From: Candidatus Latescibacterota bacterium
Lineage (GTDB): Bacteria; Latescibacterota; UBA2968; UBA8231
Direction: 5' to 3'
Length of the DNA stretch: 64,000 nucleotides
Assembly (NCBI GenBank): GCA_963422735.1
Contig: OY730476.1
Span: 2,016,001-2,080,000, forward strand
The translations under genes and the position numbers were made by a program. Of the stretch, positions 62,645 through 64,000 are shown piece by piece. The notes beneath the pieces were generated by a model, which worked only from the letters and a program-made list of their open reading frames with translations, searched no databases and was not told where the DNA came from. The stretch's first letter is position 1, and each line of letters begins with the position of its first letter.

Positions 62645-63451
62645 ATGAGTCTATGGAATTTGCGCGGCGAAGTAGCGGCGGTCGTCGGTGGGACCGGCGT
62701 ATTGGGCGGAGCGATGGCCCAAGGATTGGCCGAGGCCGGAGCCTCCGTAGCAGTGTTGGGGCGAGACCACGACCGGGGGTATGAGCGCGTGGCGGCGATA
62801 GAGACAGCAGGAGGCACGGGCGTTTTCGCCGCCTGCGACGCCACGGACAAAGCGTCGCTCAAGGCAGCCCATGAAGCGGTCACCGCGGCGTTGGGTCCCG
62901 TCAATGTGCTGCTCAACGCAGCCGGCGGCAATCAGCCACAGGTGACCCTGACCGCCGATCTGGACTTTGCCGCGATAGCAACCGACGATTGGCAGCGTTG
63001 TTTCGACCTGAACTTGGGAGCTGGTGCGCTATTGCCCTGCCAAGAATTCGGGTCGGCCATGGTCGCGCAGGGCCGGGGCAGCATCATCAACATCGCCTCG
63101 GTCGCCGCTCACTTGCCGGTTTCGCGGGTGGTGGCGTATTCGGCGGCCAAAGCGGCCGTAGTGAACCTAACGCAGTTCCTCGCACGGGAGTGGGCCGACA
63201 AAGAAGTGCGGGTCAACTCCATCACCCCGGGCTTTTTCCCCGCCGAGCAAAACCGCCGCTTGCTCTTTGAAGACGACGGCACCCCAACCGAGCGCGGCAA
63301 ACAAATCCTCTCCCACACGCCCATGAACCGCTTTGGCCGCCCCGAGGAGCTGGTCGGCGCAGCGGTGTTCCTCGCGTCGGACGCGGCCAGCGGCTTTGTA
63401 ACCGGCACGGACATCCGCGTTGACGGGGGGTTTTTGGCGACGACGATCTAA
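62645..63451 (+). CDS. SDR oxidoreductase (D-mannonate/gluconate dehydrogenase-like)
   Basis: GGTGVLG, NAAGGN, YSAAK, VNSITPGFFPAEQNR, TPM.RFG. Confidence 0.9.
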   Translation: MSLWNLRGEVAAVVGGTGVLGGAMAQGLAEAGASVAVLGRDHDRGYERVAAIETAGGTGVFAACDATDKASLKAAHEAVTAALGPVNVLLNAAGGNQPQVTLTADLDFAAIATDDWQRCFDLNLGAGALLPCQEFGSAMVAQGRGSIINIASVAAHLPVSRVVAYSAAKAAVVNLTQFLAREWADKEVRVNSITPGFFPAEQNRRLLFEDDGTPTERGKQILSHTPMNRFGRPEELVGAAVFLASDAASGFVTGTDIRVDGGFLATTI

Positions 63452-63481
63452 GAAGCGCGAGAAACCACGCTTTACCGGAAA

Positions 63482-63703
63482 AAAACGTCACAGTTTGCGA
63501 TTTGTCTCAACAACGAGGGCTATGAGGCTTCCCTCGAAGTCGGAAGAGTGTATCGCGCACTTCCCGATCGGGAGGCCGTTGCACACAGATACATCCGCAT
63601 AGTGGATAAAAGTGGCGAAGATTACGCATTTGATGCCCACCGATTTTACAAGATCGAATTTCCACCGCCGGTTAAAGCAACACTAAATGCTGCGCTACAC
63701 TAG
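63482..63703 (+). pseudogene. Start-less remnant of a small conserved hypothetical protein
   Basis: QFAICLNNEGYEASLEVGRVY...IRIVDKSGEDY; no start codon between the SDR stop and this segment. Confidence 0.55.
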
Positions 63704-64000
63704 GTCATCAGGAGGCTAGGAATATGGTCTCGGACATCCGCGTTGGCTCATCCATTCTAAGCGTTGTTGCGGACAGGCTATTGGGTCGGCTAGTGATTTG
63801 GGGCAGGACATTGAGTAACGATGCCACGTCTCCTCTTTCAGCCAGCCTCACCGCAATCGCGCTGTCACTGATATACCAGTCCCCATTCAGAGCATGGCCA
63901 CTAACGTTCGCAGGTAAACGAACCTGCACAGCAGGTTGCCCGTAGGCCAAGCCGCGTATGCGGCGCAGCATTTACCCGACGTTATCTGAAGCTAATCCCA

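Overview
GC-rich (about 60% by eye) bacterial chromosomal segment, mostly housekeeping genes: parB 3' end, ligA, argR-B-D-H, cdaA-folP-ftsH-tilS, lexA, era-purD-folB-folK-panC, rpmB, secDF, yggS-yggT-ileS-dksA-lspA-rluD and ddl. The gene content (T9SS-type C-terminal domains, PorU/PorV, E. coli-like sigma70 promoters) suggests a non-Bacteroidota member of the FCB superphylum such as a Latescibacterota/Gemmatimonadota-like organism; this is inference only. The best candidate for an undescribed system is a ~15 kb minus-strand operon (41238 to 26171) resembling a variant type IX secretion/surface-attachment module. It encodes a PorU sortase whose catalytic Cys appears replaced by Ser, PorV, an M6-like FG-GAP cargo that has lost its HExxH, a gluzincin-PD40-Omp85-like barrel fusion, two DUF5683-like paralogues and a CTD-bearing metalloprotease. 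The barrel fusion's leader and signal peptide are a duplicate of the porU-porV junction, and a decayed restriction-modification islet interrupts the operon. Other notable items are two enolase-superfamily paralogues translationally coupled to argH, a 212-bp MITE whose target duplication copies a start codon, a candidate LexA box, a DGA-to-DRA diadenylate cyclase, a catabolic cluster of unknown substrate and several pseudogenes. No rRNA, tRNA or CRISPR array was seen. All family calls come from motifs recognised by eye; no database searches were run.
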